In this document: piece after piece, positions 49,101 through 63,940 of the stretch
Numbering within the stretch: the stretch's first letter is position 1
Layout of the letters: the number at the start of each line of letters is the position of its first letter
From: Nemertoderma westbladi
Taxonomy: Eukaryota; Animalia; Xenacoelomorpha
Direction of reading: 5' to 3'
Length of the DNA stretch: 64,000 bases
Assembly (NCBI GenBank): GCA_032718475.1
Contig: JAUCBJ010008403.1
Coordinates: 1 to 64,000 of the forward strand
The notes under the pieces: model-generated
What the model saw: only the letters and a program-made list of their open reading frames with translations
What the model was told of the DNA's origin: nothing
Database searches by the model: none
Program-made: the position numbers and the translations under genes

Positions 49101-50399
49101 CTGATTTTCCTCCGCTTGTTGTTGCAAGCGCTCGTCCAGGAATTCTTGTAAAGAGTAGGTGCGTCCACGTTCGATGTCCTCTTCTAGATTTTGTATTTCT
49201 CTATCAAACTGGGGTAAAGCTAATTCTTTCACTGCTTGGACTTGTTGTTGCAATTTACGTTTCTCCAAGCAATCATAAGTTCCCTTTCCGATTTTCTGCC
49301 GAATAGCATCCAATGCATTTCGTATTACGCTCTCTTCGACTTCCGTAACGGGTTGTATCGGAGGGAGGCCGGGACGGTTGTATGGGTTAAACGGCGATAT
49401 TAGATGACCGCGTCCTAGTCCAGCTAGGTAGGGTTGGCGAATATCTAATGAACCCACCACCGGAGTGCCACCAATCAACTGTTCGGGTAACACTAGATCT
49501 TTGAACAGTGAGTACAGTTCGGGAGGATCCGTAATACTATTAGGATCGAGAGTTTGAGGTCTCACTTGGGAATGAGGAGGTCTGACCGAGTATTCCGGAA
49601 CTCTGATCATTGGTTTATTCAAGGATCGTTTAAGCCGTGCGACCGTAGGTGATGCGTCGAAAAGGTTTAGCGCAACGTCTCCGCGGATGTTTATGTCTTT
49701 CGATTTGCTGATTAGGTCTAGGGCATTTGTCGCAGTAATACCAAAGACGCACGTCTTGAAGGGGAAACGCGGGTGATCGTTCTCCAGTTTTACAATATTC
49801 CTCCATCTGTTCGAAGCTATCTGGAACGACAGGTAGCGGTCGATCGGCGGTAAGATACATCATCGTAAAATAGAGCCGTTTGAGTTCTATCATAGGATCA
49901 GGATGTATACCTTGAGGATATCGAGTTTCGAGATTTTGTTGGCTGGCAATATTGAGATAGGTCTCTCTCAGGAATTCCAGATAATCGTTGAAGTCGCTGT
50001 GTTTATCCGGTTCTTCAACGTCTTCCCTTTCGAGTCTGTTTCGAATAGAGTTCTCGTGTTCTATTCTTGATTTATCGTGCCGACTCCGCTGGGTATGATA
50101 TTTAAATAAAACCATTTCCCTTTCGGTGTCTATATCGTCCGTATCGTGTAAATCGATAGGATGACCAGTAGTTAAGAAGTCCATATACGTACCATTACGA
50201 TGCGTATAGCGGGCGGTGAACCTTCTATAATCCAATTCAGCGTAATTTGCTCCTGGGACATTGGCGGTTCGATATAACGACCATCGTCCTCCGTAGTAGT
50301 TGGATCAGCGTCGCCGCGTATCAAGCTATCGACAAACGCTTGTAAAGGTAGAGTATATCGCTCCCTGATACCAAGATCATCTTCTATCAACTCAGTCAT
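46189..50399 (-). pseudogene. Element C ORF2 (DEDDy exonuclease-like + zinc fingers), disrupted
   Basis: TYDNEG, LPQPVLEMLFNERILK, FVDTQ, CRLC/CAYC/CHYC fingers, KKLRKRRPRKKD tail. Frameshifts near 50235, 49640 and 48010; TGG>TAG at 46858. Confidence 0.88.
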
Positions 50400-52054
50400 A
50401 TCTGCTATACGAGTTCACCAATATTATAATGAGTTTATATATATATATTAGGCGAGCGGGCGTCGCTGCCTACCCCTCTTTTGCCCCCGGACAGTGCGAG
50501 ATTCTCAGTGCCGATGTACCGCTGTCGCTGTACTTTCGCCAACGACGTAGCCGCACAATGACAACGATAACCGGCACAAGTCTCTCCACTGTCCATCCAA
50601 AGGCTTAGATGTACTTCAGGTTTTTTCTTGGAGAGTTAGGGCTACTTTCACGATTGCGACTAGCTACTGTAAACACACTTTAGTAGCAACATCACCTATA
50701 AACGCACAAATTCAACACAACTATCACAAACTACGCACATTCGGGCCATTTGTCCGTTAGTCAGTGCCTTCCAGAATGTCACTGTATTATTATGTATCCT
50801 AGGATACTAGCAGTGCGCTATATTCCCTATGCTATTCAATGGGACAAGCTTTCTATTGTTCTTTTTACTCAATTCTAATTCTAGCGTGGTTGTTGCTATG
50901 GTGACATTATGCAAAGCTAGCGGTAGAATTAGGGTATGCATATCCAATGCATACAGATCTGGGATGTTATTTAATAGTAATTCTTTAATGGTCAATATCC
51001 CATCCATACATGACTTTATGAATTTTATCGGCTATGTTTGGGAGATTCTCGCACACTAATACGCTTGATAGAATAAATCTCCGCTCCCGTGATCTATTAA
51101 TTAATGGAATTTTGGGAATGTTATAAATTGCGTAAAATGGCAATTTATTAAATTCATTGAAAAGTATGAATTTAAATTTATTCCCGTGAATTTTATTATT
51201 TAATAGTAAAATTGACACGATTTGATTCCAGAACATGTCTGGGGACACGAGATCCTTAATTCCATGAAAATTGTCTTTTTAAGAGTATCGGTAAATGCTA
51301 CATATCTTAATCGACTAGAACTGTTAAAGGATCTGAATTTTACAGATTTTATTTATGGATTTGTAAATATTAAATAATTAATATTTAAGATGGGCACCGA
51401 TTTATTCCAGAACTTGTCTGGGGACGTTAACCACTGATTCTAGAATTTTGTCTTTCAAGTATATCGGTGGGTGCCACGATATCTTAATCGACTAGAATTA
51501 CAGATGGGCAAAAGGTTTAACAGATTTATTTTGCGATTTACGCTACTGTTATAGGGACATCACGCTACTATATGTATTATTATATATGGTATGAGAGCAA
51601 TATGCACGAAGCAATGTCAGTGTGAAGAGGCAAGTCGTTTCCAAGGTCTACCCAGAGCTTGGTTTAGCCGAGACACGAGGATCTGAACTTTGCATTCCTA
51701 ATACTCTGCCTACCAATAATACTTGAATATAGTAGTGGCTTTATTGTACTTTAATAAGTACGGACATTTCCTCTTACTGTAGTTACGTATTTATAATATA
51801 ATATGGACAGTAAGGAAAGAGAAAAATAATTGTTTTTCGCCGTCACACTAAAGATATAATATATAAGTAATTACGTACGCAATAAACGCGAATATATTGC
51901 ACTTATTCTACTAAATAATTACTAAATAATATTCTACTTAAAATAAAAATTAAAGAAAACAATTATAATAAAATTACATAGTAATAACATACAGAAATAT
52001 AAAAATAATAAAATAATATAAAATAATAGAGTCACACGCCCACTCCGAACGATA

Positions 52055-55000
52055 TTATGTTGGGGAGCCCCTAGATGTTGGTTGGATTAGGGAGGTGGTC
52101 GTGGGAAGAGTTTCTTGCCTTCCATAGTTTCCGGAGAGCTCTGTGTCTCTTTCCAGTAAACATAAACGACCCACTGGGCGGTTGAGCTGTTGAGTCTCAA
52201 AGACTATCCCCGGTTTCTTAAAGTTACGCCGCATGACGACGAGTTCTACCGATCGCACCAAACCATCGCTCGAGATATGTGTCTCGATGATACGACCTGT
52301 TTGCCATCGCTTACGTGGGAGATCGGGGTCCACAATAAGCACCATGTCTCCAGCGCTGACGTTTTCTTGCTGCGCAAACCACTTAGTTCGAAGTTGTAGA
52401 GTGGGCAGATAATGTTTCTCGAAATGGTCAGCGAAACGACGGGATAGCAACTGCATAAGTTGCCAGGTTTGACGGCAGTACTCGTCTCCATCTGTGATCT
52501 CCAATCGTGGGAGCATGGCTACGGGTTTCTTCAGTAGAAAGTGCGCGGGTGTTAGCGCTTCCAGGGAATCAGGACTCGAAGAGACTGGGATAAGCGGTTT
52601 TTCGTTGAGATAGGCGGCGATTTCCTCCATTAACGTCCGCAAGAGTTCGTCGGTGAGATAAGCGCGACACGGCACTATAAAGTGGAATGCAGTCTTCACA
52701 CTCCTAATCAATCTCTCCCAACTTCCTCCCCACCAAGGGGCGTCGGCGGCGTTGAAGGTCCAGCTAGACGCTGTTACTTTTAGCTGGTCATCCACCTGTC
52801 TTTGGTTCCAGTCCTTTACGTAAGCTTGAATTTCGTTGTTGGCGCCAATGAAGTTCGTTCCCTTATCCGATCTCATCGTGTTACTAGTTCCGAAGCGAGC
52901 GATCTGTCGTCGTAAACTTAACACGAAGCTGTTGGTAGATAGATCGTTTACCATATCGAGATGGATAGCTCTACAAGTCATACAAACGAAGATGACACAC
53001 CATCTCTTGACTATAGTCCGGGCACGATATACTTCAATAGGGCCAAATAAATCCACACCGGTATTAGTAAAGGGTGGTTCATAGAAGCTTACTCGTTACC
53101 CTAGGTAATTCTGCCTCTCGCTGTGTTAAAGGCCTACTGAATGCTTTCCTACAGGGTATGCAGTTCCTAAGAACTTGGTTCAGAGCTCTACGGGGTTTAT
53201 AAAAATAGTAGCGAGTTCGAATTTCGCTAAGAACTCGTTCTCTACCAGCATGGTACAGTTTACTATGAACATCTACAATCATCTTGATTTGTATATCAAG
53301 ATTTCTAATGAGTATGGGAAACTTAGTGTCAAAGGATAATGGGGCGTTAGTAAGCCTTCCTCCCACACGTATTAACCCATCTATCATTGTACTAGAGAAA
53401 CGATCCCTTAAGCGCATCTGCGGATTTCTCAACAACAGGAAATACTTATCGGAATCCTCATAGCATTGTAGGAGTCTCAGCATCTGTTTGTTGGTTTCAT
53501 CATGCTCCTGGTAACTGATCTTCTCCTTTAGAAACCTGTCGGATATCTTGTATTTGGGAAGATCTTTAACAACATGGACTCGTGCAGATGTCGATGGAGC
53601 ATCATCACTATTGGTCTTTGTCCTGGAGTAATGATGATGAAAACATCGTTTTAAATATGTGACGGCTTTACAGAGCCGATTCCAGGAACTGTAGTGATGT
53701 ATCGCTCTCTGCAGGAGAGGTGAGAGTCCTTGCGAGATATCTGGTATTCCAGATTTCCAATCCTTGTCACGGATTTCCAATACTTCTTTATTCGTGGCGG
53801 TGGGTTTCTGATCCAAAGCATCACTCTCCGGAAGTAAATAATACAGATAGATCAACCGCAGGTTTAAATAATTTCGATTTACTCGCTCGAGTTTTAGGTT
53901 TAACTTTCTCCGCTCCCTTGGCCTGTCTAATCTCTGCTGTTGTGAGATGGGGAGGCCATTCTTCTTCTTCTCTGTAGAGGAAGTCGGGTCCACCTAACCA
54001 TTCGGGAGTATTTACCAATTCTTGTGGAGTCGCTCCCCTGGAGGCGATGTCTGCTGGATTAATCGTTCCGGGGCAATGTCTCCATTGATCCATCGTCGTG
54101 CGACTAAGTATGATGGCTACTCTGTTGGTAACGAAGACGCTGAACTGACAGACTTCATTGGTTATATACTCTAACACGAGTAAAGCGTCGGTCCAATAGA
54201 CAGTTTTCTCTAATGGATAATCGATCTGTTCGGTTACATTCCGGCCGATGGCTGTAGTGTATAGAGCCGCCTTTAACTCCGCTCGAGGAACTTTCAACTT
54301 GTTGTTGATTAATGCCTTAGAGGTAACCAAGGCGACTTTGATTCCATCCGGAGTTTCCACTCTTAGGTAGGCTACTATACCGATTCCCATATTGCTGGCA
54401 TCTCCAAACACATGGAGTTGATAGGAATACGTAGGGAGAACATGATCATATGAACGGGAAATTATAAAATCCTCGATGGCCGGCAGAGAATCTTCCCATT
54501 TCATCCACTTCTTTAATAATTCTCCCTTAAGTGGATCGTCCCATGAGTGGTTTTCAAGCCACATTTGTTGTACCAAACTTCGAGCGATCAATATAACTGG
54601 GCTAATGAATCCCAATGGATCAAAATAAGTGCTCAGTATACTTAAACAAATCCGTTTGGTTCGAACTGGATTATCTCGCTGTTTTAGCTGGAAAAACAGG
54701 ATATCACTCTCTGTGTCCCATTTCAAGCCAAGTGTCTTGGTTTCTGGAAGATCATCCTTGATTAAATCTAAGTCTTTTGCTCCTCAATCTTCTACAGGGA
54801 TTGACTCCAGAAACTCACGGGAGTTGCTGGTGAATTTTGTTAATCGAAACCCACCTCTTTTTAAGCACTCTACCGTTCCTTTAGCGACCTCAATGGCTTC
54901 TTCAACTGATGGAAGGGACTTCAGATTATCGTCCATGTATATGTCCCGCTTGATGTTGTCAATCACTTCCTTGGAGAAGGCTTCTCGGTTGTCATCCGCA

Positions 55001-58000
55001 GTGGTACGCACCACTGAACAGGCGTTGGAAGGGCTTGAGATTATCCCAAAGGCCTGGATGGTCATCCAGTACTCCACCGGTTTCTGGTTGAGGTCTCCTT
55101 CGGGCCACCATAGAAATCGTAGGCTATCTCGATCCCTATCTAGCACCTTGACTTGTAAGAACATGCCTTCTATATCCGAGGCGAAAGCGATTGAATACTG
55201 TCTAAGTCTTAAAAGAATACCCAACAAGGATTGAAGTAAGTTGGGTCCTGGTAACAATTCCGAATTAAGGGATTGGCCCATGTAGAGAGCGGAGCCATCA
55301 AACACTACTCTCACTTCATGTGGTTTACCGGGTTTGGGAACGTAATGGTGAGTTAAGTAATACGTTCTTTCAGTTACAGGTGTTTCTTCCGGTACTCTCT
55401 CCACGTATCCCTTACTAATAAATTTCTTCAGCTGTGTTTGATACATTTCTTTAGCTGAAGAATTTGCCGTAAGGCGTCGATGGAGTTGCGCGATTCTTTT
55501 CTCCGCCAAGGGTCTGTTATTGATGAACTTCGGTTCTCTCTTGCGGAAAGGTAGACCGATTTCATACCTACCTTGATCTTTGAGGAAACGTGTAGTTGTC
55601 TCTTGGATCTGCTTGGCCCTTTCCTCTTCCACCGATAAGGCCTTATCGTAGGAATTGGGCTCTACCGCCTCTTGCGTAAAGAATCGTACGGCATGTTCAT
55701 CCCGAGTCTTGGCATTATAATGTTCAATGACGTCATTTAGCACGTCGTTATACGCTTCTCGTTCTGATGGATAGAGAAGTTGACATAGGTTCACTTGGTT
55801 TTGCCAAGCCTCGTTTTCCTTAAAGGAGATCAATGGTATTCTCCTCATCAAAAAGTTGGTGAACGTCGTCGTTATCTGAGGAGTATGGAGTTCCCTCAGT
55901 TGGATCGTCTCCCTCACTAGTATCATCTTCCCATTCACTCACTTGGCAGACGCGATCTTGAGGTAGTCTTTCTCTGAGTGTTCTACGGGAAGGTCCAGTA
56001 AGATACCAACCTACTCTAGTTCTTACCGCATAGGTCTGAAGTGGTTGCGGTTGAGCAGGCCGTTTCTCCAATGTCTCCAGCGCCTCATGCGCGTTTTGAC
56101 CGATTAATATTTGTACTCCAGGATAATCGGTGTCGAATCTAGGGATGTTAAGTTGTTGGGCATGATCATCTTCGTCCCAATTATAAGGTTCCACTTGGGT
56201 GGTAGCGAAGTTCTTTATTGCCACCATTTTTACTGACCTTATACTGTGTTCTCCTAGTTTATCCTGTGGAGTGGACAACGCACCTACGTAATAGTCGGCA
56301 GCTACAGTAGATTTCCAAACCTGCATGATTCCTGACATGTTTAGCTTGGTTCGGAACTTGGGTTGTCCAGCAAAGATGTCTTCGGCTAGTTCTTTATCGA
56401 TGAATGTTCCTGTGCTACCGGAGTCCAGGAGGGAGTTCATTATATAGCTCTTCTGAGGTCCGTGGACCCGTAACTGGACTACAGGAAATTCTCGGATTCC
56501 TACATTTGAAGTTGGCGCTTTCCAAGATTGTTGTTGATCCGAAGTAGTTAAGGTAAGGTCGTTGTCTGTATCTTTTTCATACATAAGCGCTCGATACACA
56601 GCGGTATTTATCATATAGCAGGATTCGTTTTCGTCGGAGAACTCGTCCGTATAGAATCCTTCCATCTCAGAACCTTGGTCGGTGTCGTTCACATCACTGA
56701 ATTGGACATGTAATTCGGAATCACTTACCTGACTCGGGTTGGTTCGCTCGAATTCAGTGTGCAACAAGAGATGATGCTTCGCACCGCACTTTGCACACCT
56801 TATGTCAGAGTAACAGGTTCGCCGTTGATGTCCTTGTCTGAGGCAATTGTAACACAACCGCTTATCCCACATGACTTCCCGTCTCTCTTTTAATGATTTC
56901 TTTAAGAATTCATCGCACATATTCAAGCGGTGAGTCCCATCACATAGTACACATTTAGGTTTGATGTTACTGACCTTATTTTGGGTGACATTGTGCACAC
57001 TCGTTCTTTCTTCAGACTTTCTCACCTGAATTCTTTTAGGAGACGTAGGAGGGGTTTTTCTTACCGGTTCCCTTCTGTCATTGGGTCGAGACTTGGATTT
57101 ACTCACATGGTCTTTAGGCATTTTATTGACATAATAAGATCTGTCAGTGTCCTTTCCGCTGTCCTCTCCTTGAGAAGTCTGGCTTTCGCCATCGTCGGTA
57201 TAAAAAAATGGTGTTACTTTTCTCCTGGAAAGGGGTTTCTCACTTACCTTGTTTTCCGGTGTCTTCTCTCTGGACTGCTTGAGGAGTTGCAATTTCACTT
57301 CTCCATCCAAGAATGACATAAGATCGGCCATGGTAGGGTCTCGTCGTTGTTGTTCCATCATGTATAGCACCTTCTTATCCCAGCGCGTGCCTACCCCACC
57401 TTTCGGTAAAGTAGAAGCCACAGCTCCAATGACCATAGAACTTTGGTATTCATGAGACTTACCTAACCAATCTAATTGTCTACAGATCTCTTGAATCTCA
57501 TCGGAAAACTCTATTATCCCACTGCTGATGAACTTTCTGGGCGCTACTAATTTTGCATACAAATATTTAGCGATATTATTCCTATTACCATACCTGATGT
57601 TTAGTGTATCCCAAACTTGTCTTAATCCGTCTGGATGTCCAATAAACTTTAACGCCATTAACTTGGAAGATCCTTCCAAGCACTCGATGAGGAATCTAAG
57701 TTTATCTCCGTTAGATAGTACAGAGTCCTGTATGTTATCTTTGTAATATTCATTAAAAGGTAACCATTTCATCTCATCTCCATTGAACTTGACGATCTCT
57801 CCAACCTTTACCGCTTGCCGGGCTTCGGTTCTAGCCATTTGACGCGTAAAACTTTCTTGAGCCATTGTATTATTGAATAGAGAATTATCGGTATATAAAT
57901 TTCTCGGATTATGATCAGGTCTATATGGAATATCGCTATCAACAGGTTTATAATTACCCTTAATAGGGTTTCCTATAGGAGTTTCTACTTCGCTAGCAGT

Positions 58001-60174
58001 ATAGATGCGTGTAGGCTCCACACCTTGCGCATGGGATACTTCAGACCTAACGGGTTGACACATTGTTACAGAGGGTGGTGGTATACCCTTTTGTAAGTTT
58101 ACTAATTTATTGCGTTCTAACGCGATACTTTGCTGCACTTCTTGCAACTCTAACTTACTTTCCCTCACTGTTCCCTTAAGTTGGTGAACAGTCCCTACCA
58201 AATCTCGGACCTGCCGGGAGGAACATTCCTGTTGTTCCCTCAGCTGCCCGAGCAAGAGACCCATCTCCCGTCGTCCCTCATCCACCCAATCCGCCGCCAA
58301 AGCGGGGTCCGCCAACGTTGTAGCGGGCAGACGAGGGACAACGGGCGATAAATCTTTAATATCTCGCTCGTTGTCCAAAACTGGAAGTGACTTGGGAACA
58401 GTCTTACTAGGCACAGAGGGCACAGATAGTTTGGTGCTGTGCAAAGGGAATCTAGAGGTTATTTCCGGTAGTACAGGTGTCTCTAGCACCGAAGGGGTGG
58501 CTTCGAGAACAGGCCTAATTATTTCCGGCTCATCTACTATAGTAGGGAGTTTGTTTACGGTAGTAATTTGGTCTGTGGGTTCTGTACTACCTACGGTTGT
58601 GCTAGCTAATTGTCTTCTAACAGCTGGGGGCAATTCGGGCAATTTATGACGGTAAGACGTTCTTTTACGCCTACTGAGACGAGATCTATTTACTCCACCT
58701 TCAGGATCGGTGGTATCCCCTTCCTCCGATGATGTATAACCTTGGCGTTTGGAAGTAGATCGATTCACCATCTGATTCGATTATCAGTTAACTGTTTATT
58801 TATGTGGTCTTGCGTCTCTTGCAGATTTTCCAACTCCAGTTGGGTAGCCTCTTCAGACGCTCTCCGTTCGGCTTCTGCCACTGCCTCCGCTGCTTTTTTG
58901 TCTGCTTCGGCCGCTGCCATTGCCGCTGCTACTGCTGCTTTTTTGTCTGCTTCGGCCGCTGCCATTGCCGCTGCTACTGCTGCTGCCTTTCTGTCTTCTA
59001 TCCGCCTTTTCTTTACTTGTTCTTCTTGGGCTCTGGCTATGCTGAGACGCTCATCAAATTTAGCTTGGTTTGCAGCTAACATTTCAGTATCGATTGCGTC
59101 CAACACATGCTTGGCTCCTTCACTATTAGGGGAAAGTCCAGCCAGCCGTCTCCTCAACTCTTCGTCTCCTAGGAATCGCTGATAGTCGGACAAATAAATG
59201 TCAATAGCGTCTCTAGTTCGCGGCTTCTCTGCTGCTGTTACTTCGCTTTCCACTTGAGAAAAGGTGGCATCGGTTGATTCTTCATAGTAGTAGGGGCGCT
59301 CAGCCAACTGAACCTTCCACTTGTCGGTTTCTTGAACCTTGAGGCTCACCCGCTGGAACCACGTCTTGACAGCAACTTGCAACGACGTGTCCTGCTTTCT
59401 TTTGGATGTTTCCTCAAAAGCCGATAGGATTAGTCTAATGCGTAGAGTTCTTTCGCATACTTGATAAAGCAGCTTTTCCTGCTCTTGAGGTCCTCGTTGT
59501 TGTCGAAACAGCTGTTCTTCTAAACGCTCCAAAGAACCGAAGAACCCTTGTACATATCCAGCTGCCGACCTCTTCCAAACAGCTGGATCTACGATGTCTT
59601 TGGCCACTCCCATCCGGTGTATATCATCCCAGGTGGCCTCCGACAAGTCAAATGGGAGTCCAAGTCCGGGGAAGTTCCACTGTGACTCGACAATAGACAT
59701 CAGTTCTTCCCTCGCGTATCCCGCATAACTATCTTTGGTCGACTGCCCACTTCTAACCCAATCGTGTAGGTGTTCCTCCACCGCAACTAACACCTTAGTT
59801 AATACTGCTGCCGGAAGAACAAGAAGGGGGTCCGAATAAACTGTATCCGCCATCTTCGCTCCGCGTTCGGGCGTTAGCTCCACAGTATCCGAACTACTGG
59901 AGCTATCGGGCCGCTGAGAACTAGGTTCTTGGCTAGGAGGTGGCTGCTGTTTGACAGCTGCTTCTTGATCCCGCTTAACTTGGGCCCGAGTACCGATGAT
60001 AGACCTACGGTGTTGGATTAGCCTAGGGTCTGATATTACTACTGGAGGGGGAATAACCTTCCTTACAGTAGGAGGTGATCTGAACTTAGGTCTCGTCGGT
60101 TCCACACCCCTATCTGAGTCACAGATGGTTGTATCTAGGATACTGTCTGATAGGTTTTGCTTGGTGTCAGACAT
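52055..60174 (-). pseudogene. Element C gag-pol (disrupted; sister family of B)
   Basis: Collinear and highly similar to the B polyprotein; frameshifts near 58775, 55820, 53825 and 53090, stop at 54784. Confidence 0.94.
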
Positions 60175-62482
60175 TTCGGTTTATATAGTTGATACAGTTG
60201 AATGCCTACTGCTATAAATACAGTTAAAGCAAGTCTAGTAATTCAGTATCACTGCTAGCCTAGTAATCAATTAACTATACTGCTACTCAGGGTAGCTGTA
60301 TATGTACACACAATGTATTAGAATACCGGTATACACTTATAGTATATATAAGTATTATTACAGGCTAGGTTTGTCACAGAATACCGGTATGTGATTTCAG
60401 CACAAATATATATAAATATATAATAGGCCTATCTTGAATACCGGTATACAGCTTACACTTATAGTATATATAAGTATAATTATGAATTAGAATTAATTAC
60501 AGAATACCGGTATGATTTCAGCCTAAATTTATAGAAATAAATATAATAAGCCTATTGCAAATACCGGTATGTCAATTATTTTAAATAATTGAATTTCTGA
60601 AATTTAAGGTTACTTGGGTTACTTTGTTACTTTACTTACTCTATTACCGTTACTTGAGCAGTAGTCTAACTGATGTTAAGACCTAAAGGTTGTATAACAG
60701 GCCTACTATTTTATAAATAAATTTTGATTTTATTTTATAATATATATATATACCCGTATGAGGGTTTTGTTACAATATTGAAATAGATGTTATTATTTCT
60801 GGGAAGTAATCACTACACAAAAAGCTGTGCGCTCTCAGTGAAGTGCTACTTATAGGACACTAAAACAAATAATTCTACTTCCTAAGTTACTTATCTACTA
60901 ATTACTTACGATTCGGGTGAGATTAAATCTCTAATTAAACACAACAAAATATTACGTACGAAATTTTTAGGGTAATTTTACAGGGAACTATAACCAGTCT
61001 AACAGAAGGTTAGAATTTCTGGTTATTACAACAGACAGGATACTATAGTATGTGAAAATAATAAGTAGTAGTAAATATACTGCGCTGTCCAGATAGGAAA
61101 ATACCACCGTCTGACGACCTATAGCCGTAGCGCTATAGGTACTACGTTATGTATCACGGAGTGTCCCTACCTAGAGATTAATTACCGCGGTCTACCAGAA
61201 CCAACGTGCCTATTAACCACTTTACAACACAAATATACCGCCTACACACTAATTACTTTCGGAAAGCACTGTACGCTAAACCCTAAATTAGGTACAAGTA
61301 CTTATAAAACAGATAACCAGCAGTTAGAAATACTTGAACAGCTAAAAGAACCACGGTATCTGCCGGAGTGACCAAAGCACAAAATCTCCAGTCTTTACCT
61401 ACGCCGAGCAGCCCTGATGTAGTACCGGGGTTAATTTAACTATAACGGTATGTATAACAAGCACAATTACTGTAGGAATAAACTTGGGGACATGAATGTT
61501 GCGAATAATCGCATAAACTCTGAATAATAAATATTACGCTACGCGTACAAACTACTCAAACAAAATGCAAACTAAATGCTGACAGACTACTATCAAGCCC
61601 AAACAAACTACGGTATGTGCAGACTCCGAAATGGTTAGTTAGTATGCGCGCTAACCGAGTAGTACGACTTATTCTTTAAGAGGGGGTTTACCTCACAACA
61701 CTGGAAGCCCCTACTTCCTAACTGGCACTTTATCGGACATACACTCTACACACAACGCAATCCCTCGGACCTAATAACAGCTAGGCAACAATTCAGCCTA
61801 CAGATTATCTAAATAAGAATATTACGCTACCCGTACAGACTACACAAACAAAGTACAGACCCAAACGTTGGCAGACTACTATCAAGCCTAAATAAACCAC
61901 AGTATATGCAGACTCCAAAATGGTTAGTTAGTATGCGCGCTAACCGAGTAGTACGACTTATTCTTTAAGAGGGGGTTTACCTCACAGCACTGGAAGCCCC
62001 TACTTCCTAACTGGCACTCTTTCGGACATACGCTCTACACACGCTACAGTCCTTCAGACTCAACAACAGTCAGACAACAGCTCAGCCTACAAATTCTCTG
62101 TACAATCTGAACAGGCTTACACGCCTTCTGCTCAATATTGGCCTACAAATAAATAAAACTGACAGAAATAAGTAAAATCTCAATAAAAAACCAGGGCGGC
62201 CATTCCCTGATTAAGTACTAAGACCTACCGGTATAATAATCAAATCGAATAATACTAATGTACTTATACTGGAAGTACCGGTTAGGACAGTTGAGCCTAC
62301 GGACCTACAGCAGTACCGGATCAGGCAGTTGGGCCTACAGACCTACAGCAGTACCGGGTCAGGTTTACCGGTCGACCGGTACTTTCAACTTTATTGCTTA
62401 CTGCAATAAAGAAGCTATATCCGTTATTGTTCTTACCAGAACAATATTAAACTGTATTTAGTGCCTACACTGCAATACAGAC

Positions 62483-62497
62483 ACATATATCCGTTAT
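62483..62497 (-). other. Non-tRNA primer-binding site of C (LTR-complementary)
   Basis: Sense ataacggatatatgt is complementary over 15 nt to LTR 63233-63247 (and 45646-45660). Confidence 0.8.
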
Positions 62498-63698
62498 TGT
62501 TCGCGCTTTCAGACCTTTGGCAGTTTAACCCGCCAAATTAGGATGTCTTCTAGATAATAAATCGCTTTTAGCCTCTGACAAGTATTTGATTCACTACACT
62601 AGTCGAAACCAATCTGTGCGCGATCATTCACCCGCTGGATATACCCGGGAGATTGAGTTCGACGGCTTAATCTTATTGCTATGTAAGACTACTGTATTAT
62701 TCGACTGATCGTATTATATAATCTCTGACAATATTATTCACCTTCGGGGAATATTAACAGTTCCTTTAGGACGTGGCGCTTTATCTATATAAACAGAGTT
62801 ATGACTTAAACTACACACAACGATATGGCTTAGTTATAATTCACATATATGGCGCATTCTTTAGGAAATGCTTCGTTATCAGTCTCACTCATACACAATG
62901 CTGCACAATACTGCACACTAATCTGCCGACCTTCACTAATTTTAGTCATATATAAAAGGAACACAGACCGACTCATGTAGGGTCTATCAAATAACATTAG
63001 ATTCACTTCAAACCACTTTAACATAAGTCGCAATCGTTATATGTAACCGGTCTCTCTTACCTTCGGTATATCAAGAATATTGGGGTTTTCGGGATTATTT
63101 CTCGTTATTCCAAATATAATATTTCATCAACCATATATAGTGAATAACCGACAGTAAATAGCAGTATAACGATATAAAAGTATATACGATAAGATATATG
63201 CATTGCCCAGTTGAGTTAGGTCAGTAAGTAAGATAACGGATATATGTCCTTATAATTAAGCCTACTAGTGTTAGGCTAAAAGCAGAAAAGCACAAAATAT
63301 TCCAAAGCCGTTCTTTCCTGGCTCAGGACAGAATGTAAACATTGCCCATAATGCATTGCGTGATTTCTAGGAAATTTCTGTACAAGAGCAGTAAAAACGC
63401 TCTGATTGGTTGACTGAACTGAGAGACACCATAGAACAAAGAAAATCAACACGTATGCAGATCAGCTGTTAACCGTCGTCATAGTAACTACTGTTTCAAG
63501 AGGATCCAGCTACTTTGCGTCATAGAATTGCCATAGAATCACCAACCATGTCTTCCAAAGTACACATACGGAAGAAATAGCTCTTAGGTCCTCTAAAAAA
63601 CACCGATACAGCAATAATACGGCTTCTTACGCCTACTAAACCAACTACAGAGTATTTTAAGGGAAAAATAACCGGGCAATTCCGCAAAAGCTTTTACA
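62498..63698 (-). repeat. 5' LTR of element C (1201 bp)
   Basis: Sense TGTAAAAGC...GCGAACA. Confidence 0.96.
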
Positions 63699-63731
63699 AC
63701 CAATCTCACTTACAGTTTCATTTATATACCA
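63699..63731 (-). CDS. 5' half of the FReD exon interrupted by element C
   Basis: Branch-like ctgac plus pyrimidine tract tcttctctctag, then WYINETVSEIG; continues in frame at 28938 once C and one TSD copy are removed. Confidence 0.55.
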
Positions 63732-63940
63732 CTAGAGAGAAGATAATAAAACAGTTTGTCAGAACATTTACACCTTTCCATCCAACATTGGCGCTGCGAG
63801 TACAGATTCACATTCACATTTTACATATATTAATTACATAATTTAATTTCAAATTACAATTTGAAATCTTACAAATCAAATTAACTTTGATAATTAATTG
63901 TGATTGTGTAACTCAAACTCAAATTACGGTACAAACTTAC

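Larger units (their letters stand above)
28944..63698 (-). mobile_element. BEL/Pao LTR retrotransposon C (~18.8 kb, contains nested B)
   Basis: TG...CA LTRs of 1201 bp; TSD accaa (28939-28943 / 63699-63703). Confidence 0.95.

Noticed and set aside
58765-58780. Programmed frameshift in C gag (and read-through at A 20681)
   Set aside because: B is continuous at both sites and there is no slippery motif; these are mutations or sequencing errors.
29067-63698. Inverted-duplication assembly artefact
   Set aside because: B and C are clearly diverged, and each has its own LTR pair and exact TSD.
63714-63731. 18-nt microexon ending at gtaagt
   Set aside because: Phase 0 does not fit the phase-1 last exon, while reading through the reconstructed insertion site does.
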